This document shows, in pieces, positions 1 through 8,819 of a stretch of DNA of 21,395 nucleotides (the stretch's first letter is position 1; each line of letters begins with the position of its first letter). Origin of the DNA: Planctomycetota bacterium (lineage in GTDB: Bacteria; Planctomycetota; UBA8108; UBA1146); the NCBI GenBank assembly GCA_032128395.1, contig JAQBGV010000146.1, positions 1-21,395 on the forward strand, in the 5' to 3' direction. The position numbers and the translations under genes are program-made. The notes beneath the pieces are model-generated. The model worked only from the letters and a program-made list of their open reading frames with translations. It was not told where the DNA came from and did no database searches.

Positions 1-165
1 TTCTGGGATCCGGTCGAGAACTTGAGCCTGTTCGTCGATGCGCAGTATGACTTCGCCCAGAGCACGCTCGATTACGACGAGGTGAGCACGAACGACAACT
101 CGAAGAGTGGGGTGGTGGACTTCGGTGGTATCAACTTCCTCTTCGGCTTGAGCTACAGCTTCTGA
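1..165 (+). CDS. Outer-membrane beta-barrel protein (porin-like), C-terminal fragment. The 5' end lies outside the window.
   Basis: Frame 1 translates to ...DFGGINFLFGLSYSF* with the terminal aromatic Phe typical of OM beta-barrels. Alternating hydrophobic residues; stop TGA at 163-165. Confidence 0.55.
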   Translation, partial: FWDPVENLSLFVDAQYDFAQSTLDYDEVSTNDNSKSGVVDFGGINFLFGLSYSF

Positions 166-203
166 GCGAGACTCGCGAACCGCGCCCTCGCGCGTGGCGG
201 TTC

Positions 204-1289
204 TTGTGCCCCGCGCTTGCGATCGTGCTCTTCGGTCTGCTCGATCCTCACCGTGGGTGCGCAGCCCCGGTTCGTGCCGCTGGGCCGTCGGAGATTGGGA
301 AGTCGGAGATCGGGAAGTCGGAGATCGGGCAGTCGGAGATCGGGCAGTCGGAGATCGCGGAGTCCCAGTCGATCTCGGAGATCCAGTTGGTGCCCGACGG
401 GCAGGGCCCTGGGCAGGACCACTCGATCCGGCTCACCCAGGTCGGCAACCCGGCTCGTCGACCCGTGCTCCCCGACCTCTCGCGTGAGGGGGTGCACGAA
501 CTTCCCGGACGCGTGAGCCTGGAGGTTCCCGACCAGGGTCTGCTCTGGGGGGATCGATGGCTCCCCCCGGGGATCTACCGGCTCGCACTGGTCACGGATG
601 GATTCGCGATCCGGCTGCGCGCCCGACCCCTCGCTCCGGGGCGAGACTTGGAGCTCCCCGTCGAGACCGGGACCCTCACTGCTCCCGCCGCGCAGTTCCG
701 CGCCCACCTCGGGGTCCGCCAGGTCGATCGCGATCGGAGCGGCTATCTCTCCCTTCGCTGGGGAGTCCTCCTGCTCGAGGCGACGCTCACGTCTCCCGAT
801 CCTTCCGTGAAACGGGTCGCGGATTGGGTGCTCCGAGCCGTCCCGATTCCATCGCATCTCACGGAGGAGGTGTTCATCGGCACCCTCGATCGTTCCTCGG
901 ACGGGAGCGGCCTGCGGGAAGTTCGATGGATACGGGAGGGGGGCGAGTCGCATCTGCGTCTCGAGCTCAGTCGACGACGCCGGCTCATCGCGACGCACAG
1001 GGAGTACGTCGCCCGCGCCGAGCGGTTGCACACGGTCGCGAAGGGACTGCTCGACGGCGGGGAGGAGTCGGCGAGCTCCCGAGTCGGCTTGACCGCGGAG
1101 TCGTACGAGGAGCGAGCGGCCCAGATCGAGCGCCAACTCGAGGCGCTCGATGGCAGCGGGCGCGAACTCGTCGGCACTCTGCGCCCGCCGGCGGGGGAAC
1201 GCCTCGAAGTGCGCCTCGAGTCGCTCGAGGGTGCGGTGCGCCTCGTCATCGATGGTCCCGACGGCGGTGTGGAGTTCCGGTTGCCGTAG
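204..1289 (+). CDS. Hypothetical protein with N-terminal hydrophobic segment and a 5x SEIG[KQ] pentapeptide tandem repeat. The start codon is uncertain: TTG at 204, or TTG 387 / GTG 390 after the repeats.
   Basis: Longest plus-strand ORF here. GC3 about 80% through most of its length, consistent with coding. The overlapping minus-strand ORFs are Arg-rich antisense artefacts. Hydrophobic stretch ALAIVLFGLL near the N-terminus. No recognisable domain. Confidence 0.45.
   Translation: MCPALAIVLFGLLDPHRGCAAPVRAAGPSEIGKSEIGKSEIGQSEIGQSEIAESQSISEIQLVPDGQGPGQDHSIRLTQVGNPARRPVLPDLSREGVHELPGRVSLEVPDQGLLWGDRWLPPGIYRLALVTDGFAIRLRARPLAPGRDLELPVETGTLTAPAAQFRAHLGVRQVDRDRSGYLSLRWGVLLLEATLTSPDPSVKRVADWVLRAVPIPSHLTEEVFIGTLDRSSDGSGLREVRWIREGGESHLRLELSRRRRLIATHREYVARAERLHTVAKGLLDGGEESASSRVGLTAESYEERAAQIERQLEALDGSGRELVGTLRPPAGERLEVRLESLEGAVRLVIDGPDGGVEFRLP
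288..362 (+). repeat. 5 tandem copies of a 15-bp unit (tcggagatygggmag), in frame with the 204 ORF (SEIGK SEIGK SEIGQ SEIGQ SEIAE). A degenerate sixth copy lies at 375-383.
   Basis: Direct reading: units at 288-302, 303-317, 318-332, 333-347 and 348-362, with 1-2 substitutions between copies. Confidence 0.9.
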
Positions 1290-1308
1290 CCGGGCTCCGC
1301 AGCCTCAC

Positions 1309-2490
1309 CTAAGGCAACAGGATCTCCCTCGCCCACCGCACCGGATGCTGGACGATTCCACCCACTCCTCGAACCAGTGACTCCCATCGGAGCAGGCAAC
1401 CCGGATTGCCGGTGGCGAGGTTTGGTTGCCCCGCACGGACCCACCGTTCTCGAGCGAGCGCACCGATCTCTGAGGAGCGACCGCGACGCCTGAGCAGGTA
1501 CAGCCCCGCCGCACCGCAGCAGCGCTCCTCCCCCGGGAGCGAAATCACGCCGGCGGGAAAGACCCGCGTGAGCAAGGCGCGGGTCGCCATCGTGGTACGG
1601 GTTCCGTGCTCCTGATGGCACGGCGGGAAGAACGCGATCGGCCCGCGGGGGGGATCGACCGGAGTCGGAAGTTCGGCGTCGAGGAGCAGGGTCGGGGTGT
1701 CGGTGAGACGCTCCGCGACCTCCGCCACGGCGGGATCTCCGTCGAGTGGTTCCGCCATCGCGGCCCCGCAGCCCGCGCTGTCCATGACGAGGTGGTCGGG
1801 ACGATCGGCGAGCAGATCGCGTGCGCGCGCCGACGCGAGCGACGTCGCCTCCGTCACGAGCCCGGCGTGCCGGTGGAGCGCACCACAGCACCCCGCGGAT
1901 CGGAAGGTCACGCGATAGCCGACGTGCGCGAGGAGTCGCGCCGCGTCGAGGGTCTCTCGCCGGAAGAGACGATCTGCGATGCAGCCGCGCAGAATAGTCA
2001 CCCGTCCGCGCTCCGCGCCGCGCGGAGAGAGCTCGGACGGGAGCGGGAGTGGGCGGAATCGATCCCGGTGTGGGAGGTCGGCCGATCGGAGCGCGGTGAT
2101 GGCCGGTCGCGCGAACCGCAAGAATCCGAGGGCGCGCTCGAGTCGTTCCGGGTGGGCGATGACCTCGGACAGCAGCCATCGCTCGAGCCGGGAGGCGAGA
2201 TCGGCGCGCACCGGCCGCGTGCGCTCCCGCTGAGTGAGCATCAATCGCTCCATCGAGATCCCCGAGGGGCACGCACTCTCGCAGGCGCGGCAGACCAGGC
2301 AATCCTCGAGCCCAGCGAGCAGCTTGTCCGAGAGAGGAGCCCGACCTTCCTCGACCGCTCGGAGCGCCGCGATCCGACCGCGTGGGTTCTCGGACTCCCG
2401 CTTGTCGACCGCATAGGTCGGGCAGACCGGGAGACAGAGACCGCAGTGGACGCAGTCGTCGAGGCCGGGGTACGGATCGGTCGGTCTCAT
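1309..2490 (-). CDS. glcF: Glycolate oxidase iron-sulfur subunit GlcF
   Basis: Two 4Fe-4S ferredoxin motifs (CVHCGLCLPVCP, CLVCRACESACP). Two cysteine-rich CCG domains (GCCGALH, ERCCGAAG). ATG at 2490-2488 overlaps the glcE stop (ATGA). The ORF-track upstream extension is Arg-rich junk. Confidence 0.85.
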   Translation of the reverse strand: MRPTDPYPGLDDCVHCGLCLPVCPTYAVDKRESENPRGRIAALRAVEEGRAPLSDKLLAGLEDCLVCRACESACPSGISMERLMLTQRERTRPVRADLASRLERWLLSEVIAHPERLERALGFLRFARPAITALRSADLPHRDRFRPLPLPSELSPRGAERGRVTILRGCIADRLFRRETLDAARLLAHVGYRVTFRSAGCCGALHRHAGLVTEATSLASARARDLLADRPDHLVMDSAGCGAAMAEPLDGDPAVAEVAERLTDTPTLLLDAELPTPVDPPRGPIAFFPPCHQEHGTRTTMATRALLTRVFPAGVISLPGEERCCGAAGLYLLRRRGRSSEIGALARERWVRAGQPNLATGNPGCLLRWESLVRGVGGIVQHPVRWAREILLP

Positions 2491-3479
2491 CGCGGGTCCC
2501 CGCACCAGAGGCGACCCGATCGGTCCCACGCTCCACGCACTAGTGAGCCGAATTCCGAGGCCCGCTCGGTGGCGACCGACCCCGCGACCACACCCTCGAT
2601 CCGCCCGACCCCGATGAAGGGATGGACCACCGCACGGACCGCTGGAAGAGTCCCGAGCTCTGCGATCCGCTCGCACCAGCCGCGCGTCGGCCGGCGCTCC
2701 ACCCCTCCTTCGCCGAGCTCGAGCCAGGACGCGAGCGCCTCGAAGTCGATCGGCTCCGGCGTGAGTATTCCGTCTACTCCTGCGGCGATCCTCTCCCCGA
2801 GTTCCCGAGCAGTCGCCTCGCTCCCCTCGATGAGCGCGTGGAGCGTGACCATCCCTCCCTCGAGGTCGACTCGGAGCGCCGTCGGATCCGGACCGGCTCG
2901 AATCGCGACGAGCAGCGACTCGATCTCGCGCGCGGGGCGGCGGGTGATGACTTCGCGCCAGCACTCCGGGCGCCTTCGGAGGCGCCAATGCATTCGGGTG
3001 ATCACGGCGAGGGTTCCGCGAGACCCCGAGAGGAATCGGGTGAGGTCGTAGCCGGTGACGTTCTTCACCACGCGCCCCCCGCCACGGAGCGTATCCCCAT
3101 CTCCGGTCACTCCCTCGATCCCGAGGACCGCGTCGCGGATGCGCCCTTCTCCGGGAGCTGCGGGCGATTCCTCTCCGCTCGCGTAGAGTCCGCCGAGCGT
3201 GCCATGCATCCCGACCGGGAGCAACGGACAGAGCATCAGCCCCACCTCCAATGCTGCCCGTGCGGCGACCTCGACCGGGGTCCCGGAGAGCGCGGTCATC
3301 ACCATCTCCTCGACGTCGAATTCTTCGATCCCCGCTAGTCGAGCGAGCGACAGCGGTTCGACTGCCGCGGGGAGCGGTTCGGAACGCGTTCCCCATCCGA
3401 TCGGCCCGAGAGGTGGCGCCGATGGCGCGCGGCCGCGGAAGAGCGCCGGGAGCTGGTCGGTCCGCGCGATCTCGATCAT
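2487..3479 (-). CDS. glcE: Glycolate oxidase FAD-binding subunit GlcE
   Basis: Translation MIEIARTDQLPALFRG... shows an FAD-binding PCMH-type fold. ATG at 3479-3477 overlaps the glcD stop TGA (ATGA). Positioned between glcD and glcF as in canonical glcDEF operons. Confidence 0.8.
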   Translation of the reverse strand: MIEIARTDQLPALFRGRAPSAPPLGPIGWGTRSEPLPAAVEPLSLARLAGIEEFDVEEMVMTALSGTPVEVAARAALEVGLMLCPLLPVGMHGTLGGLYASGEESPAAPGEGRIRDAVLGIEGVTGDGDTLRGGGRVVKNVTGYDLTRFLSGSRGTLAVITRMHWRLRRRPECWREVITRRPAREIESLLVAIRAGPDPTALRVDLEGGMVTLHALIEGSEATARELGERIAAGVDGILTPEPIDFEALASWLELGEGGVERRPTRGWCERIAELGTLPAVRAVVHPFIGVGRIEGVVAGSVATERASEFGSLVRGAWDRSGRLWCGDPR

Positions 3480-4942
3480 CCGATGATCCGCTCCGTCCGA
3501 TCTGCGTGCCCCGGGCCCCGATGTCCCGCTTCGACGCAGCCGCGTCCGCCGGGGAGGATCTTCCCGGGGTTCGCGAGTCCGAGCGGGTCGATCGCTTGCC
3601 GCACTCGCCGCTGCGTCTCCAGTTCCTCCTCGGTGAACATCAGCCCCATGAACTCTCGCTTCTCGATCCCGATCCCATGTTCCCCCGAGAGAGCGCCCCC
3701 CGCTGCGACGCACAGTCGGAGGATCTCCGCCCCGGCGGCGACGACGCGGGAGGTCTCGTCCGGGTCGCGGGAATCGAAGCTGATGTTGGGGTGGAGGTTT
3801 CCGTCTCCGGCGTGAAAGACATTGCTCAGACGCAAGCGGTGACGACGCCCGATCTCGGCGATCGCATCGACCACCTCGGCCAGGCGCCGCCGCGGGACGA
3901 CCCCATCGAGGACGTAGAGGTCGCGCGCGATCCTTCCCATCGCCCCGAACGCCCCCTTGCGCCCCCGCCACAAGCGGGCGCGCGACTCCGAATCCTCGGC
4001 CTCCTCGAACGCGATCGCCCCCTCCGCCTCGCACGCGTCGCGGATCGCTCGGGTCTCCTCCGCGATCTCCGCGGCCGAGCCTTCCCCCTCGACGAGGAGA
4101 ACGGCATCCGCATCGCTCGGGTAGCCGGCGCGAAACACGCTCGCCTCGACCGCGGCGATGGTCTGCCGATCGAGCACTTCGAGCGCTGCGGGTCGCGTCC
4201 CGCTCGCGATGATCCGCGCCACCGCACGGCAGGATGCGGTGAGCGACGAGAAGCTCGCCAGGAACGTGCGTACGCACTCCGGTCGGCGGACGAGCGCGAC
4301 GGTCGCCTCGACCACGATCCCGAGAGTCCCTTCCGATCCGACGAAGAGCCCTCGATCGTCCGGGCCGTCGACCGAGCCGCTCCGGTCCCCGAGGGTCGTC
4401 CGCGTGCCATCGGGGAGGATGACCTGCAGCTCGAGGATGTGCCGAGTGGTCATCCCGTGGCGGAAGCAGTGGGGCCCGCCTGCGTTCTCCGCGATGTTGC
4501 CGCCGAGGGTGCAGGCGCGTTGGCTAGAAGGATCGGGCGCGTACCGCAATCCGTGGGCACCAGCTGCGACGTCGAGATCGAGATTCACCACGCCGGGCTG
4601 GATCCGTGCGATCCGGTCGAGCGTATCGATCTCGAGGATTCGATCGAGTCGCGTCACATCGAGCAGCCACGCCCGATCGAGCGGGACGGCACCCCCCGAG
4701 AGCCCGGTTCCCGCGCCGCGAGGGAGGAACGGCACGCCCTTGCCTCGACAGGCGAGAACGGCCGAAGCGACCTCGTCCGAATTCTCGAGGAGCAACACCC
4801 CCCCCGGTGTCCCCCGGTGGAGGGCGAGCCCATCGGTGTCGTAGAGCGCGAGTTCTCCCGGGTCGGTCAGAATCCGGTCACGGGGGAGGAACCGGCGCAG
4901 CACGGCGATGAGCGCCGAGTCGATCCGCTTCGGCTCCCGCAC
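3476..4942 (-). CDS. glcD: Glycolate oxidase subunit GlcD (FAD-linked oxidase)
   Basis: 488-aa FAD-linked oxidase: N-terminal FAD-binding domain (GAGTGLSGGAVP) and C-terminal FAD-oxidase_C domain. GTG start at 4942. First gene of the glcDEF operon. Confidence 0.85.
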   Translation of the reverse strand: MREPKRIDSALIAVLRRFLPRDRILTDPGELALYDTDGLALHRGTPGGVLLLENSDEVASAVLACRGKGVPFLPRGAGTGLSGGAVPLDRAWLLDVTRLDRILEIDTLDRIARIQPGVVNLDLDVAAGAHGLRYAPDPSSQRACTLGGNIAENAGGPHCFRHGMTTRHILELQVILPDGTRTTLGDRSGSVDGPDDRGLFVGSEGTLGIVVEATVALVRRPECVRTFLASFSSLTASCRAVARIIASGTRPAALEVLDRQTIAAVEASVFRAGYPSDADAVLLVEGEGSAAEIAEETRAIRDACEAEGAIAFEEAEDSESRARLWRGRKGAFGAMGRIARDLYVLDGVVPRRRLAEVVDAIAEIGRRHRLRLSNVFHAGDGNLHPNISFDSRDPDETSRVVAAGAEILRLCVAAGGALSGEHGIGIEKREFMGLMFTEEELETQRRVRQAIDPLGLANPGKILPGGRGCVEAGHRGPGHADRTERIIG

Positions 4943-5088
4943 GGGCGCTCTCCTTCCTCGGGGCCACTCGTTCGCTCGCGTTGGCTCCGACCTTCCGCGA
5001 TAATCTCACCCGAGGAGTCCGGTGTGCGACTCCGCCACCGAGAATCGTCGATGATCCCCCGGCGGGCCGGGGGAGGGAGGAGCGGCGG

Positions 5089-6195
5089 ATGGGTCTTCTC
5101 GACAAGCTCCGCGGGGAACTGGTCGACATCATCGAATGGATCGACGACAGCCGCCACACTCTGGTCTGGCGCTTCCCGCGCTTCCACAACCAGATCAAGA
5201 ACGGCGCGAAGTTGATCGTTCGCCCCGGCCAGCAGGCGATCTTCGTCCACCAGGGCCGTCTCGCCGACGTGTTCGTGCCGGGCACCTACGAGCTGACCAC
5301 GGGGAACATGCCGCTCCTCTCGACCCTCGCGGGTTGGAAGCACGGCTTCGACAGCCCCTTCAAGTCAGAAGTCTACTTCGTCTCGACCCGACAGATCACG
5401 GACATGAAGTGGGGGACTCCGAACCCGGTCGTGCTTCGCGACGTGGACTTCGGCCCGGTTCGGATCCGGGCCTTCGGCAGCTACTCCCTGAAGGCGACCG
5501 ACCCGAAGGCGCTCCTCGAGGAGCTGGTCGGCGCGGACGGAACCTTCGGCTCGGATGAGGTCGCCGAGCTGATGCGCTCGATGATCAACACGACCTTCGC
5601 CGATCTCGTCGCCAGCTCGCATGTGGCGGTGCTCGACCTGGCCAGCAACTACGAGGAATTCTCTGCGCAGTTGCGAGCCGCCGTCGAGGAGAAGGTCGAC
5701 GACGAGTACGGTCTGGCCATCCCGCAGCTCTTCATCGTGAACATCTCCCTCCCCGAGAACGTCGAGAAGGCGCTCGATACCCGCAGTTCGATGGGGATCA
5801 TCGGGGACATGGGTCGTTTCCAGCAGTACCAGTTCGGGCAGGCGATGACCCAAGCCGCCCAGAATCCGGCCGGCGGCGGCGCGGCCCAGGGGATGGGGCT
5901 CGGCATGGGTTTCGCGATGGCGAACCAGATGGTCCATGGGATGGGAGCCGCGGGCGCGGCCGGTGCTGCCCCTGCGATGGCGCCGCCCCCCCCGCCGGCG
6001 GCGGCGACGATCTGGCACGTCGCGGAAGGGGGGCAGAGCATCGGTCCCCTGACGCTCGATCACCTCCGCGCGATGGTCTCAGAGGGTCGTCTCGTCCGCG
6101 ACACCTTCGTCTGGTGCGCGGGGATGGCGGGTTGGATGGCCGCGGGGCAGGTCGCACAACTCAGCTCGTTGTTCGGACCCCCACCCACGCCATGA
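5089..6195 (+). CDS. SPFH/Band-7-like (Band_7_1 family) protein with Gly/Ala/Met-rich linker and C-terminal DUF4339-like domain
   Basis: ATG at 5089 preceded by GGGAGGGAGGAG (strong SD). N-terminus MGLLDKLRGELVDIIEWIDD...LVWRFPRF...SPFKSEVYFV matches the Band_7_1 signature. C-terminus WHVAEGGQSIGPLTLDHLRAMVSEGRLVRDTFVWCAGMAGWMAAGQV resembles DUF4339. Confidence 0.8.
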   Translation: MGLLDKLRGELVDIIEWIDDSRHTLVWRFPRFHNQIKNGAKLIVRPGQQAIFVHQGRLADVFVPGTYELTTGNMPLLSTLAGWKHGFDSPFKSEVYFVSTRQITDMKWGTPNPVVLRDVDFGPVRIRAFGSYSLKATDPKALLEELVGADGTFGSDEVAELMRSMINTTFADLVASSHVAVLDLASNYEEFSAQLRAAVEEKVDDEYGLAIPQLFIVNISLPENVEKALDTRSSMGIIGDMGRFQQYQFGQAMTQAAQNPAGGGAAQGMGLGMGFAMANQMVHGMGAAGAAGAAPAMAPPPPPAAATIWHVAEGGQSIGPLTLDHLRAMVSEGRLVRDTFVWCAGMAGWMAAGQVAQLSSLFGPPPTP

Positions 6196-6197
6196 GC

Positions 6198-7103
6198 TCA
6201 ACTGCCGGATCCCGGTCCGCCGTGCGTTCTCTGGATCTCCGCGGTGGGTGAGTGGGGTGCCACCGGGTCGATCGTGTCGCTGCCGCTCGAGACTGCGGAG
6301 GAACGAACTACGTCGGCCACGCCGCCTGCGGACTGAGCCCGCTTCTTTGCGTCGCGCCGCTTGCGCTGCTGCTCCGAGTGCACTCCGTGGATAACGGCGG
6401 CGATGACGAGGACGATGGTGATCAGAAGCCGCGGCTCGAGTCGCAACCAGCCACTCGCGCTCTCGACCCAGCGCACGAGGGGGATGCTCCCTTGCCGAAT
6501 CAGGCAGACCGCGACGAACCCCAAGCCGGCTCCGGGGATGAGAAATCGTTCCCTGGAGAGCACTTCGCGCCAGCTGAAGATCGCCTCGCCCGGGGTCGCT
6601 GGCGCCAGGCGCCGAGGGAGCGGGAACCAGCGAGGAACCTGTGACTTGTAGTCGAGGTAGGGCTGGCCCAGCTCCTCCTCGAGCCGCTGCTCCTCGTGGA
6701 GCACGATCAGCGTGTAGATCACCAAACCGCAGAGCAGAGCGACGACGGCGGACCCTCGCGCTCCGCCCGCCACGGTCATTCCCAGGAGAATCGCCAGATT
6801 GGCGACGTAGAGCGGATTCCTCGTGTATCGAAACGGCCCGGAGCACACCAAGACCTCCGGGGCACAACGGCGAACCCGCGCCTTTTTCCCAATACGTCGC
6901 ATCGATGCCAACCGCAGCGCTACGCCGACGGCCGTGAGGCCAGCCCCCACCGCCAGCTCCCACCCCTGTGACTGGGGTGCGGACGGGCTGAACAGCGACA
7001 ACAGCAGTGGGAGTCCGAGGAGGAGGAGGAGGACCGAGCGCAGGTGAAAGGCAGAGGCCAGGGCGGCTTCCACCGTACGATTCCGAGCGAGTCGGGTTAC
7101 CAC
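6198..7103 (-). CDS. Isoprenylcysteine carboxyl methyltransferase / phospholipid methyltransferase (ICMT/PEMT) family membrane protein with a C-terminal extension of about 130 aa
   Basis: Conserved GPFRYTRNPLY...EEQRLEEELGQPYLDYKSQVPRWFP motif of the ICMT/PEMT SAM-methyltransferase family. Several predicted TM helices. GTG start at 7103, so the start is uncertain. Stop lies 2 nt from the stop of the convergent SPFH gene. Confidence 0.6.
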   Translation of the reverse strand: MVTRLARNRTVEAALASAFHLRSVLLLLLGLPLLLSLFSPSAPQSQGWELAVGAGLTAVGVALRLASMRRIGKKARVRRCAPEVLVCSGPFRYTRNPLYVANLAILLGMTVAGGARGSAVVALLCGLVIYTLIVLHEEQRLEEELGQPYLDYKSQVPRWFPLPRRLAPATPGEAIFSWREVLSRERFLIPGAGLGFVAVCLIRQGSIPLVRWVESASGWLRLEPRLLITIVLVIAAVIHGVHSEQQRKRRDAKKRAQSAGGVADVVRSSAVSSGSDTIDPVAPHSPTAEIQRTHGGPGSGS

Positions 7104-7373
7104 TGGGAGGCCTCACTGCCTGGAACGAACATCCGTGCTCCTGTCGACGAATGAGTGCGATGCGTGTCGCCTCGATTCCCTCCGAGGCTCCTACGCCCCC
7201 CGATCCTGCCGGTGAGGAGCTCCGGGGACTCGCCGCGGCAGCCACAGGATCAGCCGAACGACCGTCCATGGTGGAGGCGACGGCGGATCACGTCCACGTG
7301 TTTTTCCCTCCTGCGTTCCTCCCGACGTCAGTGCCGATGTGCCCCCACTGCAAGAAGGGGCGACTCCGCTCGT

Positions 7374-8699
7374 TCAGGAGACGCGCTCACTCCCCCCCAG
7401 CCCGCTCCGCCGGATGTCCCTGCACAATACTACGGCGACCACTGCCAGCCCGAGACACAGCCCCCACCACAGTCCGGCGAGCCCGATCGTGCGCGACAAC
7501 AGCCACCCTACGGGTAGGGCGATCGCGTAGAAGCCGACGATGAATGCCATCGCCGCGACGAAGGTCCGGCCGGCGCCCCGGAGCGCGCCCGCTGCGGTGA
7601 CCTGCACGCCATCGAAGACTTGGAAGGCCGCGGCGACGGGGATCGCAGTCGCGACGAGGGCGAGCACCTCGGGTTCGCTCGTGAAGACGCGGCCGAGCTG
7701 ATGGCGAAGGACCACGAAGGAAAGGCCCGACACCGCCATCACTCCCGCGCCCATCGCGATGGCGGTCCACGCCGCCTGGCGTGCCTGATCGGCCCGTCCC
7801 TGACCGATCAGGTTCCCCACGCGGGTCGCCGCCGCCGTGCCGATTCCGAGGGGGACCATGAAGCTGAAGCTCGCGATCTTCAGCGTGATCGTGTGCGCGG
7901 CGAGGGATGCCGGCCCGAGGTGTCCGGCGAACAAACTCGCGGTCTGGAACGCCCAGATCTCGGCTCCGAACTGGAACGCGATCGGGATCCCGCAGGAGAG
8001 GAGTTCTCGGAATCCCCGGAAGTGGAGGTTCGCCCACCGCCACGGCGTCCATGCTCCACGATGGAGGCGGAACCCGACGATCCAAGCGATGAGGACCGCG
8101 AGCAGAAATACCCGAGTCAGTGCGGTCGCGATCCCGGCTCCCTCGATCCCGAGTTCGGGGAACCCGAAGCGGCCGAAGATCAGCGCTTCGTTCGCGGCGA
8201 CGTTGAAGAGGTTCGCGAGCAGCATCGTCCAGAGCGCCGGGCGCATCATCCCTCGTCCCTGCAGGAATTGACGGAGCGCGATGAAGGCGAAGAGCGGCGT
8301 GATACTCCACCACTGGACGGAGCAGTAGCGCTCCGCGATTTCGGCGAGGCCAGCGTCCTGTCCGAACCACATCATCGCCGGTCGGGCGAAGAACAGCAGG
8401 GTCCCGATGGCGAGCCCGAGCCCGACCGAGAGAACGAGGCCGCGCTGCACTGCACGCCCCATCCGCTCGCCGTCACCCGCCCCGTGGGCCTGCGCGATGA
8501 TCGGGTCGAGGCCGAAGAGGATCCCCATCCCGATGGAGGTGGTTCCGAAGAGCCAGAGGTCCCCGAGTGCTACCCCGGCGAGGGGAACGGGTCCGATGCG
8601 GCCGACCATGTAGAGGTCGACGAGCCCCATCGCCATCATCCCGAGCTGGGTCAGCGCGACGGGCACGCCGAGCTGGGTCAGCACTCGAATCTCACTCAA
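7374..8699 (-). CDS. MATE family multidrug/oligosaccharidyl-lipid efflux transporter
   Basis: 12-TM MATE-like sequence (LTQLGVPVALTQLGMMAMGLVDLYMVGRIGP...). Proposed TTG start at 8699 preceded by GAGGGG. The ORF track extends to a GTG at 8819, but the extra 40 aa are not MATE-like. Confidence 0.75.
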   Translation of the reverse strand: MSEIRVLTQLGVPVALTQLGMMAMGLVDLYMVGRIGPVPLAGVALGDLWLFGTTSIGMGILFGLDPIIAQAHGAGDGERMGRAVQRGLVLSVGLGLAIGTLLFFARPAMMWFGQDAGLAEIAERYCSVQWWSITPLFAFIALRQFLQGRGMMRPALWTMLLANLFNVAANEALIFGRFGFPELGIEGAGIATALTRVFLLAVLIAWIVGFRLHRGAWTPWRWANLHFRGFRELLSCGIPIAFQFGAEIWAFQTASLFAGHLGPASLAAHTITLKIASFSFMVPLGIGTAAATRVGNLIGQGRADQARQAAWTAIAMGAGVMAVSGLSFVVLRHQLGRVFTSEPEVLALVATAIPVAAAFQVFDGVQVTAAGALRGAGRTFVAAMAFIVGFYAIALPVGWLLSRTIGLAGLWWGLCLGLAVVAVVLCRDIRRSGLGGSERVS

Positions 8700-8819
8700 A
8701 TGGGGCCCCTCGGGATGGTGCTCGAGAGTGGATGGGACTGGCTCGCCGCAGGTGATGCCTGTCCCGGACGCTCGCCTGCTGATCCACGCTTCTTCAACTG
8801 GGTCTCCCGCCCGTCCCAC

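Noticed and set aside
153-1136. 327-aa minus-strand ORF overlapping the repeat protein
   Set aside because: Arg/Pro/Leu-rich with poor GC3 compared with the plus frame. Its LRLPD repeats are just the reverse reading of the 15-bp DNA repeats. No domain.
743-2536. 597-aa minus ORF and the 1309..3396 695-aa extension upstream of GlcF
   Set aside because: Wrong frame or upstream extension of glcF. Highly Arg/Gly/Pro-rich low-complexity. The true GlcF start is fixed by the ATGA overlap at 2490.
1606-3051. 481-aa plus ORF antisense to glcF/glcE
   Set aside because: Antisense artefact typical of high-GC DNA. No domains, Arg/Ser-rich.
3251-5215. 654-aa plus ORF antisense to glcD
   Set aside because: Antisense to a clearly identified FAD oxidase. 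Arg/Pro-rich with no recognisable motifs.
7340-7364. GCCCC-N11-GGGGC hairpin just downstream of the MATE stop
   Set aside because: No flanking U/A run on either strand and a large loop. May be incidental GC-rich pairing.
8699-8819. Upstream GTG (8819) as MATE start
   Set aside because: The extra 40 residues (MGRAGDPVEEAWISRRASGTG...) are not MATE-like. TTG at 8699 has a GAGGGG SD and gives a canonical MATE N-terminus, though the longer form cannot be excluded.
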